64,000 bases of DNA. Origin: an uncultured Thermoleophilaceae bacterium (GTDB lineage Bacteria > Actinomycetota > Thermoleophilia > Solirubrobacterales > Thermoleophilaceae). The stretch spans positions 55,837 to 119,836 of the forward strand of contig CAWKKJ010000024.1 in assembly GCA_963850205.1 (NCBI GenBank). Direction: 5' to 3'. A program made the translations under genes and the position numbers. This document shows, in pieces, positions 17,964-27,211 of the stretch (positions are counted from its first letter, which is position 1; the number at the start of each line of letters is the position of its first letter). The notes below the pieces were generated by a model that saw only the letters and a program-made list of their open reading frames with translations, had not been told where the DNA came from and did not search any database.

Positions 17964-18542
17964 CTAGCCCGTCGGCGGGGGCGGACGGCAGGGTGAGGGG
18001 GCGCAGACGCCGAGCTGGTTGGGCAGGTCGAGGGTGGCCGTCCTGCCCTCGGCCTCATAGGTGACCCGCACTCCGCCTTCGACGGCGGCGGCGCCGCGCC
18101 CCAGCGGCTCCAGCTCGAGCACGATCTCGGTGTCACGCGCCTGCCCCGGCTCCACCTCGTAGCCGGTCAGGGGATGCAGCGAGCGCTGCCAGGCCTCATA
18201 GGTGGGCAGCTCCTCGAAGGCCCGCTCGCCGAACACGAGCAGGCGGTCCTGGGGCCGCCGCCCGTCCGCCACGAGCGCTCGCCGCACCGTGATTCGCTCG
18301 CTCGCCTCGATCAACCGGACCCGCTTCAGCTCCACCGGCGTGTCCCGGGTAGTGCGGACCACCAGGTTGCCCCAGAGCACGCGCTCGTCGGGGCGCACCT
18401 CGATTCCCGACGCGCGCCGGACCCGTTCGGTGCCGAGCGCGGGCGCGGCTCGGCCCGCCTCATCGCCGGCGCAGGCCGAAACGCCCGAGAGGGCCGCCAG
18501 GGCGGTCAGCAGCAGGGCGGCCGCGCGCCACCCCGCGCTCAC
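17964..18542 (-). CDS. Hypothetical lipoprotein
   Basis: C-terminal 192 aa of ORF 17964..19793 (-), from GTG 18542. Lipobox LSGVSAC. GTGA overlap with the upstream gene's stop (18539-18542). Confidence 0.55.
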   Translation of the reverse strand: MSAGWRAAALLLTALAALSGVSACAGDEAGRAAPALGTERVRRASGIEVRPDERVLWGNLVVRTTRDTPVELKRVRLIEASERITVRRALVADGRRPQDRLLVFGERAFEELPTYEAWQRSLHPLTGYEVEPGQARDTEIVLELEPLGRGAAAVEGGVRVTYEAEGRTATLDLPNQLGVCAPSPCRPPPPTG

Positions 18543-19702
18543 CCGCCGCGAACGATCCCGCCGACGTAGGTGACCGGGGCGGTGTTGGGCTCGCCCGTGA
18601 CGGAGCAGATCGCCCGCGTGACGGTGCCGGCGTTCCTCCATGAGCTGCGCGCGTAACTCGACCAGCCGCTCTGGCTCCACAGCGTCACGCCGAGGAGGGT
18701 GACCCCCCGCTGGACGGTCTTGGCCTCCCCACCGAGCGTGTACTCGGTGCTCTTGGGCGCGACCAGCAGACGCTGGGGGCCGCGGATCGTGTGGCAACTG
18801 CCGTCGAGCACCTCCGCAGCGTCGTTGTAGGGCTTGTAGTAGGAGCCGCCCACGTGGCGGGTGGCCCCCAGCACCCTGGTGATGTCGTCGGGTCCCCGGT
18901 TGCAGTCGCGGCCCTTGAGGTAGAGGTACGAGTAGGAGAAGCGAGTCTGAACGTAGCGGGAGAAGCGGGAGGTGTTCGGCCTGAAGATCGATCCCTTTTC
19001 GCTCACGCTGCTCTTCGTCACCGTCGATTCTCCCCTGGCCTCGAACCCCTTGTAGCCGTAGGAAACGGCTCCGCCGATCGTGGAGTCCGCCTGGGAGCCG
19101 GTGGCGTACCGGTAGGTGGAGCGAAAGCCGTCCCACTGGTGAAGCTGCCCGACGCGCGTGTAGCGGTAGTAGCGACGCGAACGCACCCACTCGCAGTCCG
19201 CACGCTGGCTCGCCTCGGCCTGGAGCGCTCCGCCCGGCGCCCACGGCTCGAGCTGGAGGGAGGGCGAACGGGAGTCGCTCCCTGGGCGCGCCACCCAGTC
19301 CCCGTCCTCGAGCTTGCGGGTGAACGGCAGCACTGTCCGCCCGGCTGGAGACCTCACCAGGAGCAGCAGGTTCACCCAGCCGTTCTGGCGGGCGGCAACC
19401 CTCCGCAGCAGCGGGGAAGGAGGCGTCGTCACCCGGAAGGAGCCGTTGCGCACCCTGGCATAGCCGACGGATCGGAAGCTGCCCCGCCGGGCCCTCGAGC
19501 TCGGGTTGAGAAAGACCGTTGCGCCGGCCTCCGACGTCCCCGCAGCCGCCGCCCCGGCGGGTCCCGACACGCTTCCTTCGATCAGCTGGGGCGCTGCCGA
19601 CGCGGGCGCTGCAGCGAGTGCGACAATGGCGAGCGCGGCGACGGTGATGACGATGCGGCGAGCGGACAACGAGATCCTCCTGGGGCCGGTGGCGTGCTCC
19701 AT
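18539..19702 (-). CDS. Secreted hypothetical protein (Ser/Tyr/Arg/Thr-rich, 4 Cys), locally lower GC
   Basis: ORF 18539..19702 (-). Signal peptide ...ITVAALAIVALAAAPASAAP. SD-like GGGGGA upstream. No family recognised. The N-terminal ~90 aa resemble a carboxypeptidase-regulatory-like Ig domain (guess). Confidence 0.6.
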   Translation of the reverse strand: MEHATGPRRISLSARRIVITVAALAIVALAAAPASAAPQLIEGSVSGPAGAAAAGTSEAGATVFLNPSSRARRGSFRSVGYARVRNGSFRVTTPPSPLLRRVAARQNGWVNLLLLVRSPAGRTVLPFTRKLEDGDWVARPGSDSRSPSLQLEPWAPGGALQAEASQRADCEWVRSRRYYRYTRVGQLHQWDGFRSTYRYATGSQADSTIGGAVSYGYKGFEARGESTVTKSSVSEKGSIFRPNTSRFSRYVQTRFSYSYLYLKGRDCNRGPDDITRVLGATRHVGGSYYKPYNDAAEVLDGSCHTIRGPQRLLVAPKSTEYTLGGEAKTVQRGVTLLGVTLWSQSGWSSYARSSWRNAGTVTRAICSVTGEPNTAPVTYVGGIVRGG

Positions 19703-19737
19703 GATCCCCCAGCGGGAAGTATGAGAAACCCGATGGG

Positions 19738-20670
19738 GTGTCGGTACGCATGAAGGGTGACCGCACGCGGCGAGGCCGCACCTCGAGCCGCACTCAGGCC
19801 CTCATCGCGGCCGCGGCGGTGCTCGGCGCCTCGGCGGCGCCGGGATCGGCGGCTGCCGCGCCGCCTCCTCCGCCGGGCGCCAGCCCGGAGGAGCTGCTCG
19901 CCTACCTGGAGGAGCTGGAACGCCAGGAGCCTCCGGAGCCGCCGCCCGCGCTGCCGGATGCACCGACCCCGGAGGAGCAGGGGGACATCGACGCGACGCC
20001 GGACGACGAGCGTCCGCCCGCGCCTCCCCCGCCGCCCCCGGACCCTCCGGAATCGCTCGACCCGGCCGAGCCGCCGCCCGGAACCGGACCGGAGGACCCG
20101 GCCGACCCGCCTCCGCCTGCTGTCGCACCGTCACCCGCTCCCGCCCCGGCGCCCGAGCCGGCTCCACTTCCTCTGCCGGCGCCCGCTCCTCCCCCGGCGC
20201 CCGCTCCCGCCCCGGCCCCGCCCCCGGCCCCCGTGGTCACGCCGGCCCCGGTGGCACCACCGGCTGCGCCACCCGTGGACGCGCCGAGCCCGGAGGCTCC
20301 GTCCACCCCCGAGCCGCAGCCGCGGCTCGCGACCCCACCGGTCGGCTCAGCGCCCGCGCCACCGCCGGCGGCGGAGCCGCAACCGATCGGGACCCCTCCG
20401 GCCGAGACGCAGGCAGTACGGGAGGCGGTGCAGGCGAGCGCCCCGCCGGCGACGCCAGCCGCCCGGCGATCCAGCGCGGGCGTGCACGTGGTTCAGGCGG
20501 GCGAGTCCCTGTGGTCGATCGCCGGCGCCCTGTTGGGCCCGGGCGCGTCCACCGAGGACGTCGCCCGCGCGGTGCAGCGGCTGTGGGCGCTGAACGCCGA
20601 GCGAATCGGCTCGGGCGATCCCGACCTGATCATGGTCGGCGAGCGACTCCGGATCCCCGCCGGGATGTAG
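19738..20670 (+). CDS. Secreted proline-rich protein with C-terminal LysM domain
   Basis: ORF 19738..20670 (alternative ATG at 19750). Signal-like N-terminus, ~200 aa Pro/Ala low-complexity region, C-terminal LysM (HVVQAGESLWSIAGALLG...GERLRIP). Confidence 0.7.
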   Translation: MSVRMKGDRTRRGRTSSRTQALIAAAAVLGASAAPGSAAAAPPPPPGASPEELLAYLEELERQEPPEPPPALPDAPTPEEQGDIDATPDDERPPAPPPPPPDPPESLDPAEPPPGTGPEDPADPPPPAVAPSPAPAPAPEPAPLPLPAPAPPPAPAPAPAPPPAPVVTPAPVAPPAAPPVDAPSPEAPSTPEPQPRLATPPVGSAPAPPPAAEPQPIGTPPAETQAVREAVQASAPPATPAARRSSAGVHVVQAGESLWSIAGALLGPGASTEDVARAVQRLWALNAERIGSGDPDLIMVGERLRIPAGM

Positions 20671-20677
20671 CCGCCCG

Positions 20678-22465
20678 CTACGCGCCGCAGACCTCGATCA
20701 CCACGCGCCCGGAGCTGTCCGCCGTGAAGACCAGGTCGGCGCGCACCAGCTTGGGCTCGACGGCCGAGCTGTAGCCCGGCGTGAGCGTGACCGTCGCCGG
20801 GGCGCTCACCGTCAGCCGCTGCCGCGCACCGGTCACGCTGCGGTCACCCTCGAGGCGGGGCGCCTCCGCCGCGGTGAAGAAGCTGGAGTAGCGGTAGGCG
20901 GCGTCGGCGGGCGCGCGCCAGCGCAGCTCGACACCGCAGTCCGTGGGGACGTACTTGACCGTCACCGGCCGGCGCAGGTCGCCGAAGCGGCCGCGCAGGC
21001 CGATGCGGCGACGCGTGGCGTTGAGGCGCCGGCCCCAGAGCTCGTGCTCTGCTCCGTCGCGCAGCAGGGTCGGGCCGAGCGAGGGACCCTGAGCGCGAGC
21101 TCGCACGGGCATCACGTCCTGCCAACCCGTGGTTTCCAGCCGCTTCAGGCCCACCAGACCCAGGTCGTAGCGCAGGTCGGTGCCCGCTCGGCCGCGGCGA
21201 ACGGCGAGCCACACCGGTCCGCGGCGGATGACCGCCATGGCGCCGTCGTCGGCGCGGATCTGGGCCGCCATGGGGCCATCGGAGCCGATGCCGGGGGCGG
21301 CCGGGCCCCGGATGCCCAGATCGGCCAGGAGGTTGAGGGCCACCATCGTCAGGCCGTTGTAGGAGACCGCCCCGGCGTAGGGGTCGAGCCCGGGATACCA
21401 GCGGGTCCCCAGCACGGCGGAGGCGGGGACGATCGCCAGGCCCGTGGCGCTCACGGGATGCCGAAGCTGGAGGCGTCCGAGCACGCGCGCGATCAGCGCC
21501 CGCAGCTTTCTCGCGTCGGTGCGGCGGCCGATCCGGGCCGCGACCTCGGCTCCGAACGCGGTCAGCGAAAGGGCCCAGGCCTGCTCCTGTGAGCGGCCGG
21601 TGTAGGCCAGGTCGCCGTCCGGCGCGGTCATCGCCAGCGATGTCCGGGCGGCGCCGCGCAGCACCCGCCGGGCCTTCTTGCCCGCCTTGCTCCCGAGCAA
21701 CGAGACGGCCCGGGCGTAGAAGCCGAGCGACAGCCCGTGATAGGCCATCGGGTTCACCGGAGGATCGGACAGGGACACGCGGCCCTGCCTGCGCAGCACC
21801 AGCCGCGGGATCAGGCGGTTGATCAGGCGGCCGGTGCGGCCGGCCGCCAGGCGGCGCGCGTGCAGCCACGTGCCCGGGACCGGCGAGCGGAGCCCGGTCC
21901 TGCGCAGCTCCAGCACCGCCGCCGCCTCCACGATCGACTTGTTCCAGAAGGTCGCGCCGCCCCGCAGGTACACCGGGCGCTCGATCAGGAGCCGCGCGCG
22001 CCAGAGCGGGTCCAGGGAGACGAAGCGTGGATCGGTGGCCAGCCGCTCGCGAGCGAGGTTGTAGGCGGCCGCCAGCGCGTACATCTCGAAGACGCTGGGC
22101 AGGCCCGTGCGGGTGGCCGACTGGCGCAGCGCGTAGCCGATCGCTTGCAGTCCCGCACCGATGAAGGCCTGCTGTCCGGTGCGCAGGCCGCTGCCGAGGA
22201 GCGCGTAGCCGAGCATGGCCTCGCCGTAACGGCCGCCGTTGTCGGCCCCCGTCACGTAGTCGGCGAAGCTGCCGGCGGGCGTCTGCAGCGCCGGCCAGGG
22301 GCCGCTGTAGGCGAGCGCGAGCGCGCCGGGGTCGGGTTGCGCAGCAGCGTCCGCGGGCAACGAGGCGCAGACCGCGAGCGCAGCCAGGGTCGCGGCCATC
22401 GAGGAGAGGAGGCGTTTCGGCACGGCGGCGCCCAAATGTACGCCGAAGCCGGGACACGGTGCCAT
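20678..22465 (-). CDS. Secreted hypothetical protein (possibly alpha/alpha-toroid polysaccharide lyase/heparinase-II/III-like; weak)
   Basis: ORF 20678..22465 (-). Signal peptide KRLLSSMAATLAALAVCASLPADAAA. Alternative starts at GTG 22423 and ATG 22399. The fold assignment is only an impression from helix-rich N-terminal and beta-rich C-terminal halves. Confidence 0.55.
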   Translation of the reverse strand: MAPCPGFGVHLGAAVPKRLLSSMAATLAALAVCASLPADAAAQPDPGALALAYSGPWPALQTPAGSFADYVTGADNGGRYGEAMLGYALLGSGLRTGQQAFIGAGLQAIGYALRQSATRTGLPSVFEMYALAAAYNLARERLATDPRFVSLDPLWRARLLIERPVYLRGGATFWNKSIVEAAAVLELRRTGLRSPVPGTWLHARRLAAGRTGRLINRLIPRLVLRRQGRVSLSDPPVNPMAYHGLSLGFYARAVSLLGSKAGKKARRVLRGAARTSLAMTAPDGDLAYTGRSQEQAWALSLTAFGAEVAARIGRRTDARKLRALIARVLGRLQLRHPVSATGLAIVPASAVLGTRWYPGLDPYAGAVSYNGLTMVALNLLADLGIRGPAAPGIGSDGPMAAQIRADDGAMAVIRRGPVWLAVRRGRAGTDLRYDLGLVGLKRLETTGWQDVMPVRARAQGPSLGPTLLRDGAEHELWGRRLNATRRRIGLRGRFGDLRRPVTVKYVPTDCGVELRWRAPADAAYRYSSFFTAAEAPRLEGDRSVTGARQRLTVSAPATVTLTPGYSSAVEPKLVRADLVFTADSSGRVVIEVCGA

Positions 22466-22477
22466 TCTTGGCGCTCA

Positions 22478-22792
22478 ATGACCGTGCGCCGCCTGCTGCT
22501 GCCGCTGGCGATCGGCCGCGACCTGGCGCCTCGGTCAGCGCGGTCGGCCTGGCCCGCGGAGCTCACCTACGCCGGGGCCTTCTTCGATCGCGCCGCCGGC
22601 GAGCGCCAGACCAGTCGGAGCGCGTTCATACAGGAGGCCGCCCGGCGTGAGTTGGGCTGGCCCGACGCAGCCGCGGTCGACGCTGCGGTCGAGCGCGGCC
22701 GTCGCGCCCTTGCCGGAGCCGGCTCATTCGAGGCCGCCGAGCTGATCCGTATCGAGCGCGATGCTCGCGACGCCGGCGATCGACGTCGTTAG
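22478..22792 (+). CDS. vapB: Ribbon-helix-helix (CopG-like) antitoxin
   Basis: Tail of ORF 21737..22792, from ATG 22478. RHH signature ...AELTYAGAFFDRAAGERQTSRSAFIQEAARREL. Overlaps the PIN gene by 32 nt. Confidence 0.6.
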   Translation: MTVRRLLLPLAIGRDLAPRSARSAWPAELTYAGAFFDRAAGERQTSRSAFIQEAARRELGWPDAAAVDAAVERGRRALAGAGSFEAAELIRIERDARDAGDRRR

Positions 22793-23213
22793 CGACGCCA
22801 CCGTCGCTCTCAAGTGGTTTCACGCCGATGGCGAGGCGGAGGTCATCGAGGCTCGCGCCATCCTTGCCGCTCACCAGGCCAGGACGGTCGCGCTACAGGT
22901 GCTCGACCTGACTGCCTATGAGCTCGGCAACGCATTGCTCCGCGGGCGGGCCCAAGCGACCGCGAGCCAGGTGACCATCGTGCTCTCGGCGCTGGCGGAG
23001 ATTTGCCCTGCGATCAAACCCACCGCCGATGAGTTGCGCTTGGCGTCCGAGCTTGTCACCCGTCATGACCTCACCCTTTACGACGCCGCCTACGCCGCCG
23101 TGGCCGAGAACCGGAAAGCCATGCTGGCGACTCTCGATCGCAAGCTGATCAACGCCGGACTCGGCACTCGACCGAGCGAGCTGGGGCGTCTGCTCGATCG
23201 CCGCGAAGCCTGA
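22761..23213 (+). CDS. vapC: PIN-domain ribonuclease toxin
   Basis: ORF 22761..23213. PIN acidic positions in VVSDATVALKW, AYELGNAL, LTLYDAAYAAVA, LATLDRKL. Confidence 0.75.
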   Translation: MLATPAIDVVSDATVALKWFHADGEAEVIEARAILAAHQARTVALQVLDLTAYELGNALLRGRAQATASQVTIVLSALAEICPAIKPTADELRLASELVTRHDLTLYDAAYAAVAENRKAMLATLDRKLINAGLGTRPSELGRLLDRREA

Positions 23214-23225
23214 CCGCTGCGGCCG

Positions 23226-25718
23226 CTACTGGCCCCGGACCACCAGCACGTGCCGGCCCGCCGCCCGCTTCGCCCAGGCCAGCACCTCGACCCCGCGGTT
23301 GCTGGGCCTGATGCGGTAGCGCACCCGCTCGCCGTCCAGCCGCACCCTGCGCACCAGGCTGCCCGGGGGCAGCGTGTGCCCGAGCGTGAGGCGGCGCAGG
23401 CGGGTTCCCTGCACCCGCACCTCGGTGCGGTAGCGCCCGCCGCCGCGGGTGGTGGCCACGTCGACCGAACCGCCCCCGAGCCGGATCCGCCTGCCGGCCA
23501 GGCGGCGCTGGCCGGGCGGCACCTGCGGGGTGACCTCGAGCAGCCGGCGGCCCAGGTCCGGTCGCACCCCGAGCTGCTGGTGCACCACCGGCCAGATGGT
23601 GCCGTAGGCGCCCCAGGCCTGGAGCACCATGGGCCGCTCGAGGAAGGAGCGGTCGATGGTGCGCCCGTTCAGCGGTGAGGGGGCGATCTCGGGCGCGGCG
23701 CCAGGCTGCTCGTCCGCGACCGGCAGCTGCAAGCGACGGATGGCACGGGTGTAGCGCTGCTGGTGGGTGGGCCCCAGGCGGCCGTAGTTGCCCTCGCCCA
23801 CGGCCATGATGGCCGAGTTCAGGGTGAAGCTCTGGCGCTCGTCCGGCGCGGGCGGAGCGCCGTCGCAGCCGGGGGAGCCGGTGTGGAAGAGCCCGAAGTC
23901 GTCGCCGTAGCAGGGCCGCTCCCGGACAGCGAGGGCGGCGATTCCCTGCGCGCGCCGGGCCAGGCCCAGGCGCGGCACCCCGTCGACCAGCAGCTCGGCC
24001 TCCATCGGCGTGACCCCGATCCAGTGGCGCTTCTGGATCTTGGCCCCGTCCGGGCCCAGAGAGTCGGCGTGCTGGGGCACCTCGGGCATCCACCACGCGC
24101 TCTCGAAGCGGTCGAGCAGGTCCTCCGCCCGGGCCTCCGCCCAGCGGCGGGTGGCGCCGTCGCGCTTCGAGCGCGCGAGGTCGGCGAGGTCCAGCAGGCC
24201 GCGGATGGTGTAGACGGCCACGTCGAGCTTCTCGGGACCCATGCCCTCCCGCTCCACGTTGCCCGGGCCCTCGAGCCATCCGTCACCGTCGGCGTCCAGC
24301 TCCGCCACCGCCCAGCGCATCCCGTCGACGGTGAAGTCGTACAGCTCGTCGCGGAAGCGGTCGTCGCCGGTCCAGCGCCAGACCAGGGCGAGCGCGCTGG
24401 GGAACTTGACCGTCTCGTCGGTGTTGCCCTCGTCCTCGTTCGCGCCGAAGTAGACGCTGCCGTCGGTGACCACCTCGTGGACCACCTTGCCGGTGTCGCC
24501 GTTGGCCACCCGGCTCACGTCGCGCAGGGCGCGCAGGTGATCCTTGATCGGGCCGAACTGGCCGGCGGCCACGCTGGCGAAGGCGGTGTACTCGCCGTCG
24601 GTGGCGAACAGCCACGGGTAGTCGGGGAAGCCGGCGCCCAGGAAGCGGACGCGCGGCACCGTGCCCGAGGGCGCCGGGTAGGCCTTGCCCGCGTTCACCT
24701 CGCGCACCTGCAGGTCCTCGGCCACCTGCACGGAGTCGGCCAGGTTCTGCTTGCTCCACGCGATGCCCTGCTGGAGCAGCCGGTCGCCGGGCAGGGAGAG
24801 GCGCGTGTAGCCGGCCAGGCGCTCGCGGGCCCGTACCTTCTGCCGGAGGGGGGAGAGGCCGCCCTGGGTGAGCGCGCGGAACTCGCGCTGCGCCTCCGCC
24901 GCGCTGCGCTCCGAGCCGGCCACCGCGATCTCCACCCGCCGTTCGCGCCCGGCCGGCACGACCAGGCCCGGGAAGGTGAGCCGCCCGCCCGTCCCCTTCC
25001 CGTAGGCGGTGTCGTCGCAGCGTGGGGGCGGCTCGGGCTGGCCCTCGCCGGAAGGCGGACACACGACCGGCGGTTCCTGCGGCCCGCGGTAACCGGCGCC
25101 CGCTTCACCGCCGCCGCCGGGCGGAAACGAGCCGACCACCGCCGTCCACGGCTTCCCAGGCTCACGGAAGGTCAGGCGCCCGTCGGCGAACTCCGCCGTG
25201 TCCTGCCCGTTGACGGTCAGCTGAGAGGGTGTCGTCTCACCCCAGGGATACGCGCTCATCAGCTCCGAGTGGACGTCGACCGCGAGATCGACGCTGCGCT
25301 CTCGTCCAGTCGAGCGAAGGGTCAGGGAGATCAGCGCGCCGCGGCGCCCGTCGGGCACGATGTCCGTCCGCCGGATCTCGAGCCCCGCGGTGTCGGGCAG
25401 ATCCATCTCGACGTAGCCGTAGCCACTGCGGAACGTGGTGGCGGGCCCGATCCACTCGCCGTCAATCGAGAACCAGAGCCCGTCGAGCAGCTTGAGCGGC
25501 GGCGCCCACACGCCGCCCATCTCGCCCCTCGTGTGAAACCCCATGGCCGGGAAACGGCCGGCCTGGGTGCCCACCACATAGGCGCGGGTGCCGGCGGCCA
25601 CGTAGCGGCGGTCGTCGAGCCGGTCGGACACCGACAACTCCGGCGCCGCGGCGGCCGGCGCCGCGCCGCTCAGCGCGGCCGCAAGGGCGACCAGCAGGAT
25701 GAGCCTCCTCCGAAGCAC
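23226..25718 (-). CDS. Secreted (alpha/alpha)6-barrel glycoside-hydrolase-like protein (glycogen-debranching/GH15-63-like)
   Basis: C-terminal 830 aa of ORF 23226..26231 (-), from GTG 25718. Signal peptide VLRRRLILLVALAAALSGAAPAAAAP. The segment FPDYPWLFATDGEYTAF...VVHEVVTDGSVYFG...GDGWLEGPGNVER is typical of proteins annotated as glycogen debranching enzymes (from memory). Confidence 0.55.
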   Translation of the reverse strand: MLRRRLILLVALAAALSGAAPAAAAPELSVSDRLDDRRYVAAGTRAYVVGTQAGRFPAMGFHTRGEMGGVWAPPLKLLDGLWFSIDGEWIGPATTFRSGYGYVEMDLPDTAGLEIRRTDIVPDGRRGALISLTLRSTGRERSVDLAVDVHSELMSAYPWGETTPSQLTVNGQDTAEFADGRLTFREPGKPWTAVVGSFPPGGGGEAGAGYRGPQEPPVVCPPSGEGQPEPPPRCDDTAYGKGTGGRLTFPGLVVPAGRERRVEIAVAGSERSAAEAQREFRALTQGGLSPLRQKVRARERLAGYTRLSLPGDRLLQQGIAWSKQNLADSVQVAEDLQVREVNAGKAYPAPSGTVPRVRFLGAGFPDYPWLFATDGEYTAFASVAAGQFGPIKDHLRALRDVSRVANGDTGKVVHEVVTDGSVYFGANEDEGNTDETVKFPSALALVWRWTGDDRFRDELYDFTVDGMRWAVAELDADGDGWLEGPGNVEREGMGPEKLDVAVYTIRGLLDLADLARSKRDGATRRWAEARAEDLLDRFESAWWMPEVPQHADSLGPDGAKIQKRHWIGVTPMEAELLVDGVPRLGLARRAQGIAALAVRERPCYGDDFGLFHTGSPGCDGAPPAPDERQSFTLNSAIMAVGEGNYGRLGPTHQQRYTRAIRRLQLPVADEQPGAAPEIAPSPLNGRTIDRSFLERPMVLQAWGAYGTIWPVVHQQLGVRPDLGRRLLEVTPQVPPGQRRLAGRRIRLGGGSVDVATTRGGGRYRTEVRVQGTRLRRLTLGHTLPPGSLVRRVRLDGERVRYRIRPSNRGVEVLAWAKRAAGRHVLVVRGQ

Positions 25719-25749
25719 CCACGGAGGCGATCCCCGCTCGGCCGCTCCT

Positions 25750-26517
25750 TCAAACCCGTTCGAGGTTCTCGGCGTGAATGGCTCGCTGGGACTTGGTGTC
25801 GCGTCCCGCCGGCAGGCGGCCCTCGCCGCGCTCGAGGACGTCCAGGTAGTCGGTGTCCTCGTCGAGGATGCGCAGCGTGGTGTCCCGGTCGTGCGGCGAG
25901 CCGTGGCCGCCGACGACCGTGTCGGCCTCCTCCACCAGCGGCCCCAGCCGGGCCAGCGTGGCCCGGTAGTCCACCAGCGAGCCCCCCTTGGAGATCCAGG
26001 GAATCTCCACGTCGGAGAGATAGTCCCCCACGACCAGGACCCCTTGGGCGCGCGCGAACAGGGCCATCCCGTCGGCCGTGTGACCCTCCGCGGGATGCAG
26101 CTCGAGCTCGGTGTCGCCCAGCTCCACCCGCCCCGGCACGGGCAGGCCCTGGACCTGGCCCAGGGCCAGCGGCCCCGGGCGGACCACGTAGAACTCGGCG
26201 TCGTAGTCCCGCAGCGCGCGCTGCGCGCCACCCGGCTCCCGCTGCAGGCGCTCCACAGACATCTCGGCCATCCCCAGCGTCATGCCGGGAAAGGCAAAGC
26301 GGCCGAGGAGGTGATCGAAGTCCGCATGGGTGGCCAGGAGCCCGTCGGGCTCGAAGCCCGCGCCGGTGAGCACGCCGGGCAGCGCCTCCAGCTCGCCGGG
26401 GAGGTAGGGCGAGTCGATCAGCACGCTCTCCCCGCCCGCGCGCAGCGCGATCGCGTTGGTCTGCCAGAAGGCGCTCGTGATCACAAGGGCGTCCGGGTGC
26501 ACCGAGACGGCGCGCAT
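25750..26517 (-). CDS. MBL-fold metallo-hydrolase
   Basis: ORF 25750..26517 (-). Metal motif THADFDH and later His/Asp ligands (HPAEGHTADG, GGHG). Confidence 0.8.
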   Translation of the reverse strand: MRAVSVHPDALVITSAFWQTNAIALRAGGESVLIDSPYLPGELEALPGVLTGAGFEPDGLLATHADFDHLLGRFAFPGMTLGMAEMSVERLQREPGGAQRALRDYDAEFYVVRPGPLALGQVQGLPVPGRVELGDTELELHPAEGHTADGMALFARAQGVLVVGDYLSDVEIPWISKGGSLVDYRATLARLGPLVEEADTVVGGHGSPHDRDTTLRILDEDTDYLDVLERGEGRLPAGRDTKSQRAIHAENLERV

Positions 26518-26530
26518 GCCGGACTCCGGC

Positions 26531-27211
26531 TCAGGCTGCCTTGAGCAGCTTGCCGGCCTCGCGGAAGCTGCGTACCTCCGCGTCGGGCTTCTTGCCGCCC
26601 TCGACCTTCTCCCCGTGGCGGTTCACCCAGATCACCGGGATCTTCTGCTGGATGCAGGGCTCGACATCGGTGGGGTAGCCCGAGGCGATGTGCACCCAGT
26701 GGCGCTTCTGCTTCTCGATCCGCCGCGCGCACTCCTTGAAGTGGGCCGGGTCGGGCTTGTAGCTGCGCACCTGCTGCGCGGTGACCACCAGGTCGAAGTC
26801 CGCCCGCAGGTGGCGGCGCGTGGCGCCGAGGAGCTTGTCGTCGATGTTCGACAGCACCCCGATCTCGTACTTCTTGGCCAGGCGCTCGAGCTGGGCGTTG
26901 GTCTCGCGGAACGGGTGCCAGGAGGGCACGCTGTTGGGCAGGAAGTTCGAGCGCGAGGACTCCAGGTCCCAGCCGAGCTCCTTGGCCACCCGCACCGCGC
27001 TGCGGCGCAGCACCTCCGCGTACAGCTCGTAGGAGCCGCGCTGGATCTCGCGCTGGACCTCGACGAAGCGGGGGACCAGCGCGTCGCGATCGATGGTGAA
27101 ACCGTCGCGGTCGGCCTCCTTCTGGAAGGCGTCGTACACGCCGGTCTCCCAGTCGATGAGGGTGCCGTAACAGTCGAACGACACGAACTGAACGTCTTTG
27201 GGTAGCGCCAT
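26531..27211 (-). CDS. HAD-superfamily hydrolase (type II haloacid dehalogenase-like)
   Basis: ORF 26531..27211 (-). Motif I FDCYGTL, motif II LSN, Lys/Asp motifs (SYKPDP). Confidence 0.75.
   Translation of the reverse strand: MALPKDVQFVSFDCYGTLIDWETGVYDAFQKEADRDGFTIDRDALVPRFVEVQREIQRGSYELYAEVLRRSAVRVAKELGWDLESSRSNFLPNSVPSWHPFRETNAQLERLAKKYEIGVLSNIDDKLLGATRRHLRADFDLVVTAQQVRSYKPDPAHFKECARRIEKQKRHWVHIASGYPTDVEPCIQQKIPVIWVNRHGEKVEGGKKPDAEVRSFREAGKLLKAA

Noticed and set aside
25719-26231. The N-terminal ~170 codons of the 1001-aa ORF 23226..26231 (-) as part of the GH-like protein.
   Set aside because: This part overlaps the MBL hydrolase gene in another frame and is compositional filler. A GTG at 25718 is followed by a proper signal peptide.
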